Positions 40,087 through 53,600 of a stretch of DNA of 64,000 nt are shown piece by piece. The stretch spans positions 60,390,001 through 60,454,000 of the forward strand of contig NC_045697.1 in the NCBI RefSeq assembly GCF_009834535.1, written 5' to 3'. This DNA comes from Camelus ferus (taxonomy: Eukaryota). Made by a program: the position numbers and the translations under genes. The notes below the pieces were generated by a model that was given only the letters and a program-made list of their open reading frames with translations, was not told the origin of the DNA and made no database searches. Each line of letters opens with the position of its first letter. The first letter of the stretch is position 1.

Positions 40087-40399
40087 ACCTAGACAGAGGC
40101 AAATTTGGCAGCTGAAGCTGAGCCTTCACCACAAATCTAGGAACCTAAAATGGTTCTAACCTCTGGAAACTGACAGAGGAAAACAGTTGACCCAACAGTA
40201 CATGGAGGCGACAATCAAGCCTGCCTATTTTGGCCTGAACACTGGAAAAAAGATTTTTTGAAAATTCGTAAGTATGAGTCTGTCTTCAGTTATCTTTGGG
40301 ACACAAGTAGAATTGTGGGTTTGTTTGGTAAACATGCAATAATAAGGACTAAATTTAATGTCCTGCCTGACATAACTTTAAAAAAAAACTAAAGAAAAT

Positions 40400-41640
40400 A
40401 TATTAAAAACCAAAGTGTTTTAAATACCTTGGATATCAAGAAATAAGAGATGATGACTGGATCGTGGGGGAACATGAAGTGAGCAGAGCAGGACCTATGA
40501 TTTTCCTACTTCAATTTCTGGGGAGAGTTTCTAGTCACCAAACAGGGAAAAGAAGCTCAGGCAGAGCATGTGCCCTCCTTGATTTGAGGGGAAGGAGCTG
40601 GGGGTCTAGAGAGAGGACATAGTATGGGAGAAGTGAGAGCTGCCCAGAAAGAGAACCCGGGTGATCAGCAGAGGGTGCCTGTCGGGTCTTCAGCAGGGGC
40701 ATACATGTCAAGAAAGTACAAATGGCCAGGAAAGAATCACACAAAATAGCAAAAGGAACAATCTCAAAAGTTGGCATAGGGCCTGGAATAGTTCTTCCCC
40801 CCCATTTCAAATGAAAAAACTCATAACTAATGGGGAATTAGTTACAGTACCCAGAGGGGTACTGCCTAGGTAATAAGGAATAATTTATTCCTGTACAAAA
40901 CACAGCTTGGGACTTAAAGCTTGAAGATTAAAACAAAAAGGATCAAACAATTTCCAAATAACTTAACTGCATTTTAAAACAAGCTGAAGAATGTTCATAG
41001 GAATAAAAAATAAAATATCCAGTTTACAACAAGGTAAATTTCACAATGTCTGTCATCTAATAAAAAATTTCCAGGCATGTAAAAATGGAGGAAAATATGG
41101 CCCATGGTGAGGAGAAAATCAATCAAACTAAACTGACACAGGGATGACATAGATAAGAGAATTGTTAGAAATAATATAAAATAGTTACCATAACTATATT
41201 TATATGCTAAAGATTCTAGAGGGGAGACTGAACATGTAGAGAAAAAATGACCAAAAAAGGAGCCAGGTTAAACATCTAATTATGTTTAAATGTCTACAAG
41301 GAAACACCCACTGGATGTGGTTAACAGAAGTTTGAATATTGCAGAAGTGAAGATCAGTGAGCTTAAAGACATAGCAATAGAACCTATCCAAAATGAAACA
41401 TTCAGCAGAAAAAAGATTGAAGAACTAAGGTGAATTAAAGACGTTTTCAGACATACAAAAGCTGAAAGAATTCCTCACCAGCAGACCTTTACTTCAAGTT
41501 ATTTCAAAAAAGTCCTCAAGCAGAAGGGAAATAATACTACGTAGAAATCTGGTCCTACATAAGGTGACGAATAGCAAAGGGAAGGATTTTTTCTTATTAC
41601 TTAAAGTTCTTTCAATGATAATAGACAATTTACACAACAG
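40400..41640 (+). mobile_element. Ancient L1 5' region and ORF1 remnant (L1M/L1ME-like)
   Basis: GCAGAAGTGAAGATCAGTGAGCTTAAAGACATAGCAATAGAACCTATCCAAAATGAA (coiled-coil region) and AAAGACGTTTTCAGACATACAAAAGCTGAAAGAATTCCTCACCAGCAGACC (ORF1 C-terminus). Confidence 0.8.
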
Positions 41641-42189
41641 TGTGACATAAGGAAATCATCACCTTATAAAAAATATTTATGTAACTGTAGTGTGTTCATT
41701 ATCAGAGAAGTATTAAAGAATATAATTTCCTATTTGAGGCAAACAATGGCAGTAATATGGACAAGATAAAATTGTACAGGTTTCTTTCATCTTTTAATTA
41801 AAAGCACAGACATCAGTGGGAATACTTTGTTACATACTCAGAATGAAGTCTACTTCCACCAAAAAAGTAATAACTAAGTCCACTAGTTATTCCCAGTCAT
41901 GGGGGACTCTAGCTCTTCCTTCAACTTCTGAATGCTTAGTGCGTTACAAAACATTTGTTGCTCACTCTAATCTTCCTTAAGGAAAAAGGCAAGTTTTATG
42001 TTACTTTTGTTGTCTGCAACTAGTAGATGACTAATATATCTAGTAAATGCTTGTTATTTTTATGCTACTAATGTTAAGTCTTCCATAGCATGTAAGAGAT
42101 TTTGGAACATTTTACATTTAATGTCTCTTCAATAGGTTTTAGAAGTGATGTGGCTAAAACTTGACCATCTATGAGAAAACTAGAAATTT

Positions 42190-42450
42190 GTAAACTGATT
42201 AAATATTGACTAGATATTAATGACTAGGGATTAATTATTTAATTTGATAATTATATTATGGTTGTTATAAAAATATGTTATTTTATTGAAATGATTATGG
42301 ATGAAATGATATAATTCTGGCATTCTCTACAAAAAATAACTTAAGGGAGAATTTAGGGGTCTATCATAAATTAATAATTTTTAACACTAGATAGAGGTTA
42401 AAGAAGCAATTGTATCAACAATTATGTAGGTTTGAAATTTTATATAACAT
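42190..42450 (+). mobile_element. Ancient L1 3' fragment (L1MC4/5-like)
   Basis: TATTGACTAGATATT..TATGGATGAAATGATATAATTCTGG..TATGTAGGTTTGAAATTTT. Confidence 0.55.
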
Positions 42451-42579
42451 ATATAAATATAATATATAGGGGTCTTTTTAAGTTTTGCAGGTGATTTTAT
42501 ATATATTCTGTTTCTTAAGGGCTTAAATTATGCAAGAGCCAAAAAGAACTGACCATAGAAAGATTCTATGAAGAAATAG

Positions 42580-42780
42580 TCTTGCTAACTATAATTCTGT
42601 ATTGTTATCTTAAAGGTTCAAAAGCTGTATTATACATAAATATATCAAAGTCTCTGACAAATTCTGATATGAAATAATTTAACATGTTTTAGCCCACTAT
42701 TCCCAAATAATTTGATCACTTAACCATTTTATCATCATATTAGTACTATTACTATCCCGAGGAATACTCCAAGATAAGCT
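42580..42780 (-). mobile_element. hAT MITE (MER103-like)
   Basis: AAAGTCTCTGACAAATTCTG..TTTAACATGTTTTAGCCCACTATTCCCAAATAATTTGATCAC. Confidence 0.5.
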
Positions 42781-42844
42781 TTAATCTGTGATGTTTCACC
42801 ACTCATGTAGTTATTGAACTTCCACTGATATCCCTTCCTATATA

Positions 42845-43030
42845 AGATAGCACAGGCTTTGATGTCAAATAACTGTGGTTTAGAAATCTAGATGCACCAG
42901 TTACTGGCTGTGTAAACCTGGACAAGGTAATTAATATCTCTGAAACTCATTTTTCTCTTCTGTAAATTAGATATAAAAATAATTCTTCAGAGAGTTATTA
43001 TTACAATTAAGTGTACCTCCACATGTAGTG
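42845..43030 (+). mobile_element. MIR SINE
   Basis: AGCACAGGCTTTG..CCAGTTACTGGCTGTGTAAACCTGGACAAGGTAATTAATATCTCTGAAACTCATTTTTCTCTTCTGTAAA. Confidence 0.85.
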
Positions 43031-43113
43031 TTAATAAATTACCTAGTTAAATGCATTATTTACTAATAAATTTTATTTAGGTCAATAAACAAAGTATATT
43101 AACAAACTAGGCT

Positions 43114-43243
43114 GAGGTAGGGTATAGCTCAAGTGGTAGAGCGCATGCTTAGCATGCACAAGGTCCTGGGTTCAATCCCCAATTCCTCTCCTAAACAGAA
43201 ATAAATAAATAAACCTAACTGCCTCCCCCAGGAAAATGTTTTT
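43114..43243 (+). mobile_element. tRNA-Ala-derived SINE (camelid Vic-1 type)
   Basis: GGGTATAGCTCAAGTGGTAGAGCGCATGCTTAGCATGCACAAGGTCCTGGGTTCAATCCCC plus (TAAA)n CCTAACTGCCTCCCC tail. TSD TAACAAACTAGGCT / TAAAAAACTAGGAT. Confidence 0.92.
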
Positions 43244-43819
43244 TAAAAAACTAGGATATAAGAAAAATAGTCTGAAATTACTTAAATTTGTTTCATTGTG
43301 CATGTATAAAATGATTATAATTTATTTACAAATTTGATTTAAAAGATGGATGTTTCATGAATGCTAAAGAAAGTTTATATAAACTTAAGCCAGTTATTAT
43401 CTTTTTGGTTAAGGGGGACTGTATTTCTACTGGAGGATATACTCAGCTGGAAAATGGAGCACTGTGTCTGTTTTTAAGTGTAACAGTAAGATAATAACCA
43501 GGAGTACAAGAGGGTTTATAAATTCAATGAGCTTAAGTTTTTCAAATAGACATATTTGGTCTAAAATAGACAAGATTGGCACACATATGATTAGCCTTTC
43601 TAGCAATGTGTAGCACTAATTTGTAGAAAAGGGATTAAAGTTATCATGAATTGCATCAGGTTAGCAGAAATAAAATGTGATGTTTCCCAATCCTTTACTT
43701 TGGCTTTCTTTAAACTAAGTTTCCTAAAAGTAAGGTACTTTGAATTGGTACAAAACCTATACACAGATCATTTATATGGGTCTGATTATTCCATTAATGT
43801 GAAATATTATGAACTGTTA

Positions 43820-44403
43820 AAGGATATAACATTGCATTCCACCCAATGTTCATGTCCCCCCACTTCCTTAGTTTAGACATAGAGTGCTGATTTCATTGTG
43901 ATGTCTACCTCTGTCCTATATACCTCTAGAGCACGAGACCATCTCCCAAGGTCAACAAGTCACGGTTACTAGGTAAATTCCAATTTTATGTGGTTCTGTT
44001 TCCCTTGCTTATAACTAATCAAGAAAGAGGTGACCCAATTCTGATTTATTAAATATATGGGTATTTGGCTTCATGTTGGCAGGTGAACATGTGTTCATGA
44101 TTCCCTTACTCCTTTTCTGCCTCTAAATGTACTTGTGTTCTGCTTCAGCCATCATCTAAGACTTGAAGATCTAGGCTGAGGGCAAAAATGACTTACTGAG
44201 GATACCAGACAGGAGAGATGCAAGGAACTTGTGATTGATGTTAACATCACTGAAACAGTAAAACAGCAAACCCTCAAATCTGACCTGGCTCTGGAGGTCC
44301 TGTTGTACGAGATATGAGATAACAGGTGTCCTTCATGATAAGTCAAGTTGAGTCAGGGTTACTGTTGATGTGGTTGTTATTTTCAACTGGAGGTATGCTG
44401 ATT
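43820..44403 (+). mobile_element. Old MaLR LTR (MLT1I/J-like)
   Basis: GTGACCCAATTCTG..CAGCCATC..GGAGAGATGCAAGGAAC..TCTGGAGGTCCTGTTG..TGAGATAAC..GGGTTACTGTT. Confidence 0.7.
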
Positions 44404-45872
44404 AGGATGGAACAGCAACAATGACAACAATCTTAAATGTGGTCCAATCAGTGCACAAGTAGTTTTAGGGATGTATATTATCCCTAAGTATATTATAAAT
44501 CATATATATATTCAGTTTTGCCAAGTAGCATAAATAGTCACAGATACACAGTGATATTGGTTACATGTTTGTCTGCTAAAAATCATAAGGTCAAACTTAG
44601 CAAGGCAGTCATAACATTAAATAATTTATTTCAAAACAGTATTTTGAGTTAATGTTGAAATCATTCCAAAATGTAAACAAAGCCAAAGATGTCAGGGAAA
44701 CACTGATGTTAACTTATCACAGTTTACTTGCAAAATAAGCTAAATCAATGAGAATTTTTGATAAAGTAGAAGTATGTGTGTGTGTGAGGAAGTATATATT
44801 CATTTCTTATTTATTTTAATTAATACGGCCTTTATTTCTTCTATTATAATATCAAGTTCTGTATTTTTCTCTTCCTAAAAGATGTTTCTTTAGAAGTTCT
44901 ACAGAATTCTCCAAAACAATAGGGTGGAGAGGTACAAAGGGATGATTGGATCTTATATCTATTTCACCACATTTTATTTTAAAACACTATGAACTGTTCG
45001 TCATAGGCAGGTTATTCAATAAACATACAACTGGTAGAATTGCATAAATTTTAACTAGACCTTCTATGATATACTACTGAGAGTAACATTTTTCAAACTG
45101 ATAATGGAAGAACATGAAAGGAATTTCTGTACAAAGCCTTAAAAACAAAATAGCTTAAATTCATCACTTACTTAAAGTGAGCAGAATCTTATGACATCTT
45201 AATGCTAATTTTTCAGTTATCTGACTTCAGTCAGTGCACTTCAAATAGCAATTCTGGGAGAGAAAAAAATAATAATAGAAATAATAATGAATTGATATGT
45301 AGAAACAAACCGCTTAAAGAACTTACATAGATGATTCTTGACAAAAGAAAAGATAAAACAATATTCATGCATAATAATGTACCTTAATATTTGAATTGCA
45401 ATAATTTTTATAAATATTTTCATGTAATTAATTTGATTCTGTAACTAAGCTCACAAGATCATTTAAAAATCACTCCCATGTGAAAATAGGAAATTTCCCT
45501 TAAGGCAGAGATATTTATGATCATTCTTGTATTCTCACCTCAACATACAGTATCTATTAAGTCAAAACTTTTGCTTAGGCAATATAAAAATATAATAAAA
45601 TGAAATAAATGTTAAATTATGAATGATATATAAAATTAATTTATTTCCCTATAGAATTCGGCAATCACTTCAAAAAAGAGAAGGGAGACTTCTAAACATT
45701 ATATTCACTTCATGTTATATAGCAAAGGATATTTATTTTTCACATCAAGGAGATCAAAAGAAGAGTTATTAAAGATTTGTCATACTCCAGTGCATATTAA
45801 ACTTACATGAGTCCAAAATATGGAAACAAGGTAATTATTTTGAAAGTATCCACTAAATGGAAAAATATCTGC

Positions 45873-46078
45873 TTTTTTTTTGTTCTTTATTAAATTGAAG
45901 CATAGTTGATTTACAGCATTGTGTTAGTTTCAGGAGTACAGCAAAGTGATTCAGTTTTATATATATATATATGTGTATATATATATTTTTTTTCTTTTTC
46001 AGATTCTTTTCCATTACAAGTTATTACAAGATATTGAATACAGTTCCCTGTGCTATACAGTAGGTCCTTATTTTTTTT
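45873..46078 (-). mobile_element. Short L1 3'UTR fragment (artiodactyl-type) with internal (TA)n
   Basis: AATTGAAGCATAGTTGATTTACAGCATTGTGTTAGTTTCAGG..AGTTCCCTGTGCTATACAGTAGGTCC. Confidence 0.9.
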
Positions 46079-49000
46079 ATAAAGATACCTGATATTATGA
46101 AACATTTGACTTGTCCTGAAGAATTAGCCACTAAAATGTCTATAAACCTACAAAAATTTAGTATTTTTGCAATGTAATGTTTTTTTCCCATCATATTGAA
46201 AAAAAGAATATGCATATGCTCAATAAATAGAGTTCTCACAAATGGGAAACTTTCATCTCTGTAGGTCATCATAGGTACTTTTTTGATTTAATGTGTATTT
46301 AGAGACCTGATGTGGCAAAGCATAAAAAAATGAGAAACGCAAATATATCTGCTTCATGTTTCAAAGAAAAGAAACATGTTGCTCCATGTATTTGGGAATG
46401 ATGGTTACGCTTGAACCTTAAATTTGAATTTACTCCCTGAAATAGGAATGCTTCCATCTTCTGTGCTCTAAATCTACGATCACATTTAATGTCGGGTTTT
46501 TTTTTTTTTAAGATCTTCTTTAAAACTTGTCAGGTTAATGCACTTTGTATACTTACATAAAAAAATATATATCCATTTCATCTAAATTTTTCATAGCTGC
46601 CAAATTGAAAATGTCATAATGATGCAAAAATGTACTTCTATCACATAAAATAAATCATATTATTTTAAACAATTACCCTAAGAATAGTTATAGCAGGCTT
46701 GTGAAAAATGACACTGATTTGATTCTTTTGATCCAGATTTGCGTGTACTGTCTTTATGTAATCAGTATGATTACAAGTAATATTCTAGGATTTTTTTTGG
46801 AACCAAGTAATGATGGTAGGAAAATTAGAGGAATGCATGTATGAAATCTTTGAAAATATTATCTTTATGAGTCCTCTGGTCGTGAAGTAAAAATTCAAAA
46901 GGTGTATTTGCATGTGTTTCCTGCTCCTCTCATTTCTATATTATGGATATTTTTGTAGAGAAATTTTTGTAAGTTTGGAAGTTCTTATATATAAGAAGCA
47001 TACAATCAATTAATACATTTAAAATTTTATTAGGTACTGGTAAATAAAAAGATGAAAATAATAAAAGTATTAATGCACATATTAAGATAACATAATGTGC
47101 CAATAGAGGAGATAGGAGTTAAAAGTATTTAAGATAAAGATTCAGCTTTAATTAACCCTAAAGAACACTCTAGCCAAACCTTCATCTTAACCAAATGCCT
47201 TTGTATCAAAAAGTTTGGTAGGTATATTTCCATATTGTCCATTTTACATCTTATAATAATGTAGATTTCATACCAAAGTGAGTGCCTAAATATTAAAAAT
47301 ATGAAAATAAAACAAAACAGATTTTAAAATACAAAGTATTCATTCTACAGTTTTCTCTCTAACTCTTTATATTCAATAAATATTTCATAAAAGGTCTACT
47401 TCCTCAATGTTTAGATTTGGGTTTTCTTTTGAACTAATTTATTTTTATTTTGCTTCCATATTAATTGATATCATTTGCTTTGTCTCTACCTCTTATATTC
47501 GAGAGAAATTAATTTCTCACTTTTTCCCTAGAGAAATCATTCTCTTCACCCCACATCACACTTGACCTTCTCTTTTAAATGGGGAACTCGATTCATTTAT
47601 GTGAAATAAATGGTATTGAATGACTGCCTAGGTTGAATGCATTTTTTTACCGTTATCCTTGGGGTATAATTAAGGGCAAAACACTTTTTTAATTTGTTTT
47701 GTGAGTGAAAAATGGAAATATCACTGTAGCAATTCACTACGAACTGTATTGTGCAGTAAAACTGCTCCTTGCAGTTTTGCCTTTCTTTCCAAATTGGTCT
47801 AATTACAGGTAGAGACTCGTTAAGAATAAACCAGGGTAAAACTTCGGTCCACTGAAATGCAATGAATTTGTTTTGTAAAACTTTTCTTTATTTGGTAGCA
47901 TGTTAGGAAAAAAGAGAAAAGGTAAGAAAATACGTAATGCCAGTGTAGATGTCAAGACAATGTCAAATCATCTCACCATCTCACTCTTCCTACATTTATT
48001 CAGATTGGAGGCGGAATATGAAAGCTCTTTAAAAACTGTAAGACTTTTTATAAACATGTAATGAGTTATATATTAGAAGTATTTGATTATTTACTGTTAT
48101 TTCACAAAGCACTTTAACTTCCACTACATACACACTTTTCATCCAAAAGAAAATTTATTTCTATAGCATTTTTGAATCTAAGAGACACCAAGATTCTAGA
48201 GCCTAGGACTTATTTGTGGCTCCACCTCTTGTCACAGTCTGCCACTTTCATCACCAAACATATCAGCCATTTGTATCACACTATGCTTTCTAAAGAGAGA
48301 AAAGAATTTCAGCTAAGATGTTGGCATTTATGCCAAACAGTGGCCATGCTAATGGGAGAGTAGCTCCTATGTGACTCACATCTCTGTGTGTGGAAATAGA
48401 AAAAAGTTCTTGTAAAGGTCTTCATTGTGTAAACGTCTAGTCCTCCACAAACACTTTTAGAGCTGAAGGGGGAAACCTTACTCTTTAAAGTCAAAAGAAA
48501 GGACACAAACAACACGCAGGTGATTTAGATAATGAGAAGAGTTCTTAAAGCTCTTGTAAAAATAAAAGTAATCTTAGGATCCACAGTCATTCCTCCAGAA
48601 AAGTGTTTTTCCAGCTCTTTGTACCAAACACATTTTCAACACTTTTTGCCAAACATATTTGAAATTTTGGTGTTGTAACCCTCTGTGGGATTTAGAAAGG
48701 CCAAAAATAATTTTCAAAATTATCAGTTTAAGCATTCTAAAATGTCACAGGTACCTGGAGTAGTAAAAGCAGAACATCACTCTTGACCAATAGCCTCAAT
48801 GAGCTGAGGCAAATTAAGAAGAGAGAATCTTACAGTAAGTTTTATTTTCCATATAAGATGCTCATGGATGTACATACTTGTAAGGTTTAGTGCAAGAGAA
48901 CTGGTCATTTCCATGGATTGGACCTCGGATCTCACCTTGTCTGGTGAGAAAATTACTCATTTGGAATTACTCATTTGGAATGAAAAGCAGACAACAGAAT

Positions 49001-50189
49001 GCATAAAGTGATATTAAGCAGAGTCAATTAGTTAGGATATCCTCTGTTAGCTCATTGCCAGAAAATCCATAAAATGATTCAAAGAACCTCTACTTTTAAT
49101 TCAGGTGAAAAATATGGATGTTCAAAAGATTGATGGATTTGATAAACAATTAGCTAAGTGACTGGCTAGAGCTTAACTACTTTGAGAATGCTTTGGTCTA
49201 ATGAAATATAAAGAGAAAATCACTCACACAAAAAAAATCCAAGCAACACATAGCTGGTGTTAGTTATCTGTGATATTGCAAAGTTTCTGACTAAAGAAAA
49301 TATGGATTTGTGGTTGGCTTCTCTGCTATTTTAAAATAATCAAAACATTTCTATGGAATAGAGGCCATCTAATTCAATACCTGTTTCTCTTACTATTATA
49401 ATGCTAAATATAAATCAACCCGAATTAGATACCTACTTGTAAAAATAGTAAATTTTAAATTATTTATCATGGAAAAAGATAATTATAATGCATAGACAAC
49501 TTAAAGTCCACCATTCAGAAAGGATGTTTAAGCCTTATTTTCATAAAATCTTCCCCAAAACAGGTAAAAAAATCAACATGTAAGTAACAAAATCACACAA
49601 TTGCTTTTCCTTCTTTCTCTTGCATTTTAAATCCGCTGGCAGAAAAGAAAGAATCCCAAGTCCAGGAAGGGAATTAATATTTATTATGCAGCTACACATT
49701 ATTCATAATATTTATTTTTAGATTAATTTTTACATGAAGTTCGTTCACTTGGCTCTGATTCTTGGTGGGGAAATGAAATTCAGAGAGTTAATAGTTAATA
49801 AGTAGCAACTGTCATAGTCAAGTTTTGAAACCAGTCCTGTCTTAAAACAAAGACATCCCCAAATGTTTTGCATGATTCATAGCCCAGACAGGTTGATCAT
49901 CTACACAACAGAGACCTGGTCACCAGTGAGTGCTTTATTCTGTTTGACTAGATGTTGGCTAAGTAATGACATTCTGTTAAAGATAAAGATGAAGGTCATA
50001 AATTTTGACTTTTATTTTTCATTACTCCACAAGCTACTTGAAAGACCTTCATCAATTCATTTAATCTCTCTTTTGTCAGCTTCTTAGGTTATATGTTAAG
50101 TGTGATAATATTTTCTGAAGGTACACAATGATAAGCTAAAGATATTATAAACTCTAGAGGAGCCATATATACATTTATTAAAAATCCAT

Positions 50190-50900
50190 GGTGAAGAAAT
50201 CAATGGAGAAGACAGTGGAAAACTAAAACATACAATTGATCCGAACAAAAATAGGAGAGGAGAAAGAAAAGAAAAGATAAATAATAAAACAAAGACTTTG
50301 GTGGTAAAATTAATTCCATCCATATAAATAATGACTATAAATACAAAAGGAATAAATACTCTTCTTAAAAGCAGTAAACATCCTACTGGATTAAAAAGAA
50401 AGACCCAATTATATACTATTTACAAAAGATGCACATAAAATATAAAGTAGCAAAGAGTTTTTTAAAAATTTGAAAATTTATGCCATGTAAACACCAATCA
50501 TGAGAAGGTCTAAGTGGATATATTAGACAAAGTTGACCTGAGGAAAAAAGAGTATGAACAGAGAGTTTAGTGATGATGAAGGAAACATTCATCAAGAAGA
50601 CATACAAATATTCAATATGTATGTACTCATTAACGAAAACTCAAAATACAATAAGCAAAAAGAAAAAAACCTTGGCAAATTGTAGAGGAAAATAGTAAAT
50701 TCAAATTATAATTAGATATTTCAAACCCTTCTCTCAGTGATTGAAAGAAGAATAAGTAGAGAAAAATCTAGTAAGGATAAAATGATCCAAACACACAATA
50801 CTATTTCTATCCTAAATCCTAAAATATAAAAGAAGACAATACTTTCCAATTTAGAGTTACATTTTCCCAGATATACATTCATATTACTTATAGCATGTTA
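50190..50900 (+). mobile_element. Ancient L1 ORF2 endonuclease-region remnant
   Basis: ACTGGATTAAAAAGAAAGACCCAATTATATACTATTTACAAAAGATGCAC..ATTCATCAAGAAGACATACAAAT; no open frame. Confidence 0.8.
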
Positions 50901-51539
50901 TATTTTGCCATGCCCAGCAAGCTCAGATTTGTATGCCCTTAATGACTTAAAAATATATTAAGAAACACTCTTATGGACTGCATTTTTATGTTATATTAAA
51001 AAGCAGTCTGAGGTAACTAAATTATCTCTTTTAATAAATTCAGTATGGAACATATGGAAAGCCTCTGGGGAATATATATGTCACACATATATAATGTTTG
51101 TGAAACTGATAAAATGAAGAAAACGTATCAAAGAGGTTTGTAGGCCACATGGCCCAGGAATGCGTCTGGGACATATTACTCACCATGTACTCAGCTCCTA
51201 GTACAGTACCTGATCCATGCAATGAGTATTTTACTTTTCCATAAATTGTTTCAACAATTGAAAATTAGTACAATTGTTCCTTTTAAAATATTAGGCAGGA
51301 AACTAAGAGAAGAATGGGTAAAAAAGGAAAGATTGGCATTCTCTAATAGGAAAAATAGTTATTAGTATAGACTATAAGTAGGTTCAGATTTATTAAAAAT
51401 ACAAATTTGAAAGAGGCAGGATGAGGCACAGGGATGAGATACACTCGTAACTCCAAGGAACTGGCGAGAGATTTAAGAATTAAAATGAAATGGATAGTTA
51501 ATGTACTATGCAATTTGAAGTGAACTTTATTTAGAGAAG

Positions 51540-52700
51540 AGTAAGATTGTAATGGAGGTCTGAAATTTCAAACATGACCCCAAAGCTATAAACCTTGAAG
51601 TATAACATTAAATAATAAACAGTGTATCAAAATAAATCATAAACAAAATAGAAGGAAATGAACAATTTGGAAAATTTTCTCTTATAAGGTAAAGTGTTTG
51701 TATTTACTTAAATAAGGCTTATTATAAATCAGTTAAGATCAGTTCCCTCACAGAAAATTGGGTAAAGAACATAAATTCAGAAAAGAAGAAATATGTGAAA
51801 ATATGAAAAACTCCTCAAACATCTTTGGAATCAAAAGTAACGAAATTTAAACAGCCATGAAATTTTTTAATTTTTCAGATTGGCAAAGATTAAAATGAAT
51901 AACAATGTACAGTTTTGTTAAAAATGTGGATGTCAGTCCAGTCTAGTGACTATAACAAAAGTACCGTAAGCTGGTGGCGTACAATCAGCTCAGATTTGTT
52001 TCGCACAGTTCTGGAAGCTGGCAAGTTCAAGATCATGGCAGCAGTAGACTTTGTGTCTGAGGAGCGCCTGCTTCTGCATTGATGCCTTTCTTTTTACTGT
52101 AACCTCACATGGCAGAAGAGGCTACAGAGCTCCCTGGGATCTCTTTGTCAAGAGCGCTCATCCCATTTATGAGAGCTCCACCCTCATGACCTAGAACTTC
52201 CCAATGGCCCCACCTCCTAATAAGATCACAGTGGGTATTAAGTTTTGACATGAATTTTGGGAGGACACAAACATACAATCCACATCAGTGGGAAATGAAT
52301 ACTGTCAAACACTTCTTGTCATACAGATGTTACAAATGCTTGTATGCATTTGTAATGCATATGCATAAATTTTGGCCCAGCACTTTATCTTAAAAAAATC
52401 ATCCAAGTATGCAAAAGTTCACTTTCTGAATTAATTCATTAGTCACAACTACCATGTTCTCTTTCATTTATGAAACTCTTACTCTTACCAGGCAGTGTTA
52501 CCAGGCTGGTGTTACTGTGATAAAGATGCACATGTAAGAATATCTGTTGCTACATTATTTATAATGTTTAAACAATGGAACAATCTAAATATTAACACAA
52601 ATGCACTGATTATAATACATCCATATAGGAATGGTGTGCAACCACTAAGATAATGATATATTCATGTACTTATAAGAATAGAAAAGTGTCTTCTTCAATA
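51540..52700 (+). mobile_element. Ancient L1 ORF2 3' remnants, split by MLT1A0
   Basis: CAGATTGGCAAAGATTAAAA..AATGTGG|AAATGAATACTGTCAAACACT and ATGGAACAATCTAAAT. Confidence 0.65.
51931..52287 (-). mobile_element. MaLR solo LTR (MLT1A0-like)
   Basis: TG...CA termini; CACAGTTCTGGAAGCTGGCAAGTTCAAGATCA; GGCCCCACCTCCTAATA; 5-bp TSD GTGGA/GTGGG. Confidence 0.93.
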
Positions 52701-53119
52701 AAATAAATATATTTAAATATAAATGATGTAATAGTCTGGTCTTTTTAATTTTTTTATATCTGAATTTATGGTCTATGTACAGAAAGTAACTTTTCATATT
52801 TTTTCTCATCAGTCATTTCATTTATGAAATAATGACCATGATTTACTTACATAATTAAGAGAAAACTTCCCAAATAATGTAAAATACAAAACTCTTGACC
52901 CAGGGCTTATTTAAATTTCTTATCTCAGAGCTCATAATACTGGAATGACGTTCAAAATAACCTGTAATTTTTTGTTTGTTTTTAACAACGGAGCTTGGTT
53001 CAGTCTCAGACTGAATTACAATTTTAGCCTGAGGACACTGCATGTATATTTTTGAATATCTGTACGAATCTAAATCTAATTAGTATCTCTCTGAATAAGG
53101 AACGCACTTGATGGATTTA

Positions 53120-53600
53120 GGTAAAAATACTGTCTATTAACTACTATCTACCGTTAGGCATTTTGGAAATACGAAAAAAGTTTTAATGTGGCCCCTGCCC
53201 TCAAGAAGTTTATTTTCTAAGGGGATGGAAGGGTCTGTGGATAAATTTGTATAAATCAGGACACACAATGGTAGCATTAAATTTGTAGGAAATTGCTTTC
53301 AGTTGGAAGTTTTAGAAAGCTTCATGGAGATCATGTGTTGGAGCAATATAATATTTTAATTGAAGGGGCCAGTATGTGAAAGCCCAAATGAGGAAGAGTG
53401 GGAAGAAAGCTGGACTAAGCAGTTCAGTTTAAATGAAAATGAAAGGTGAGACTAAAACTCGGAAAAGAAGACTAGGATCAGAACATGGAAGCCTGAATAT
53501 TCAGCTTATTAATTCAAATTTCTTTTTATTGATGATTTAGAATGAAAAGTCGACATGAACAGAGATTTATTTTTCAATTATGAAAAGAGAACATTAAATA
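53120..53600 (-). mobile_element. L2 fragment
   Basis: TGGCCCCTGCCCTCAAGAAGTTTA..AGAAAGCTTCATGGAGA. Confidence 0.65.

Noticed and set aside
43118..43191. Functional tRNA-Ala(AGC) gene (also 12591-12680)
   Set aside because: The tRNA-like head is followed by the shared SINE tail and flanked by TSDs, and the acceptor stem is imperfect. These are SINE copies.
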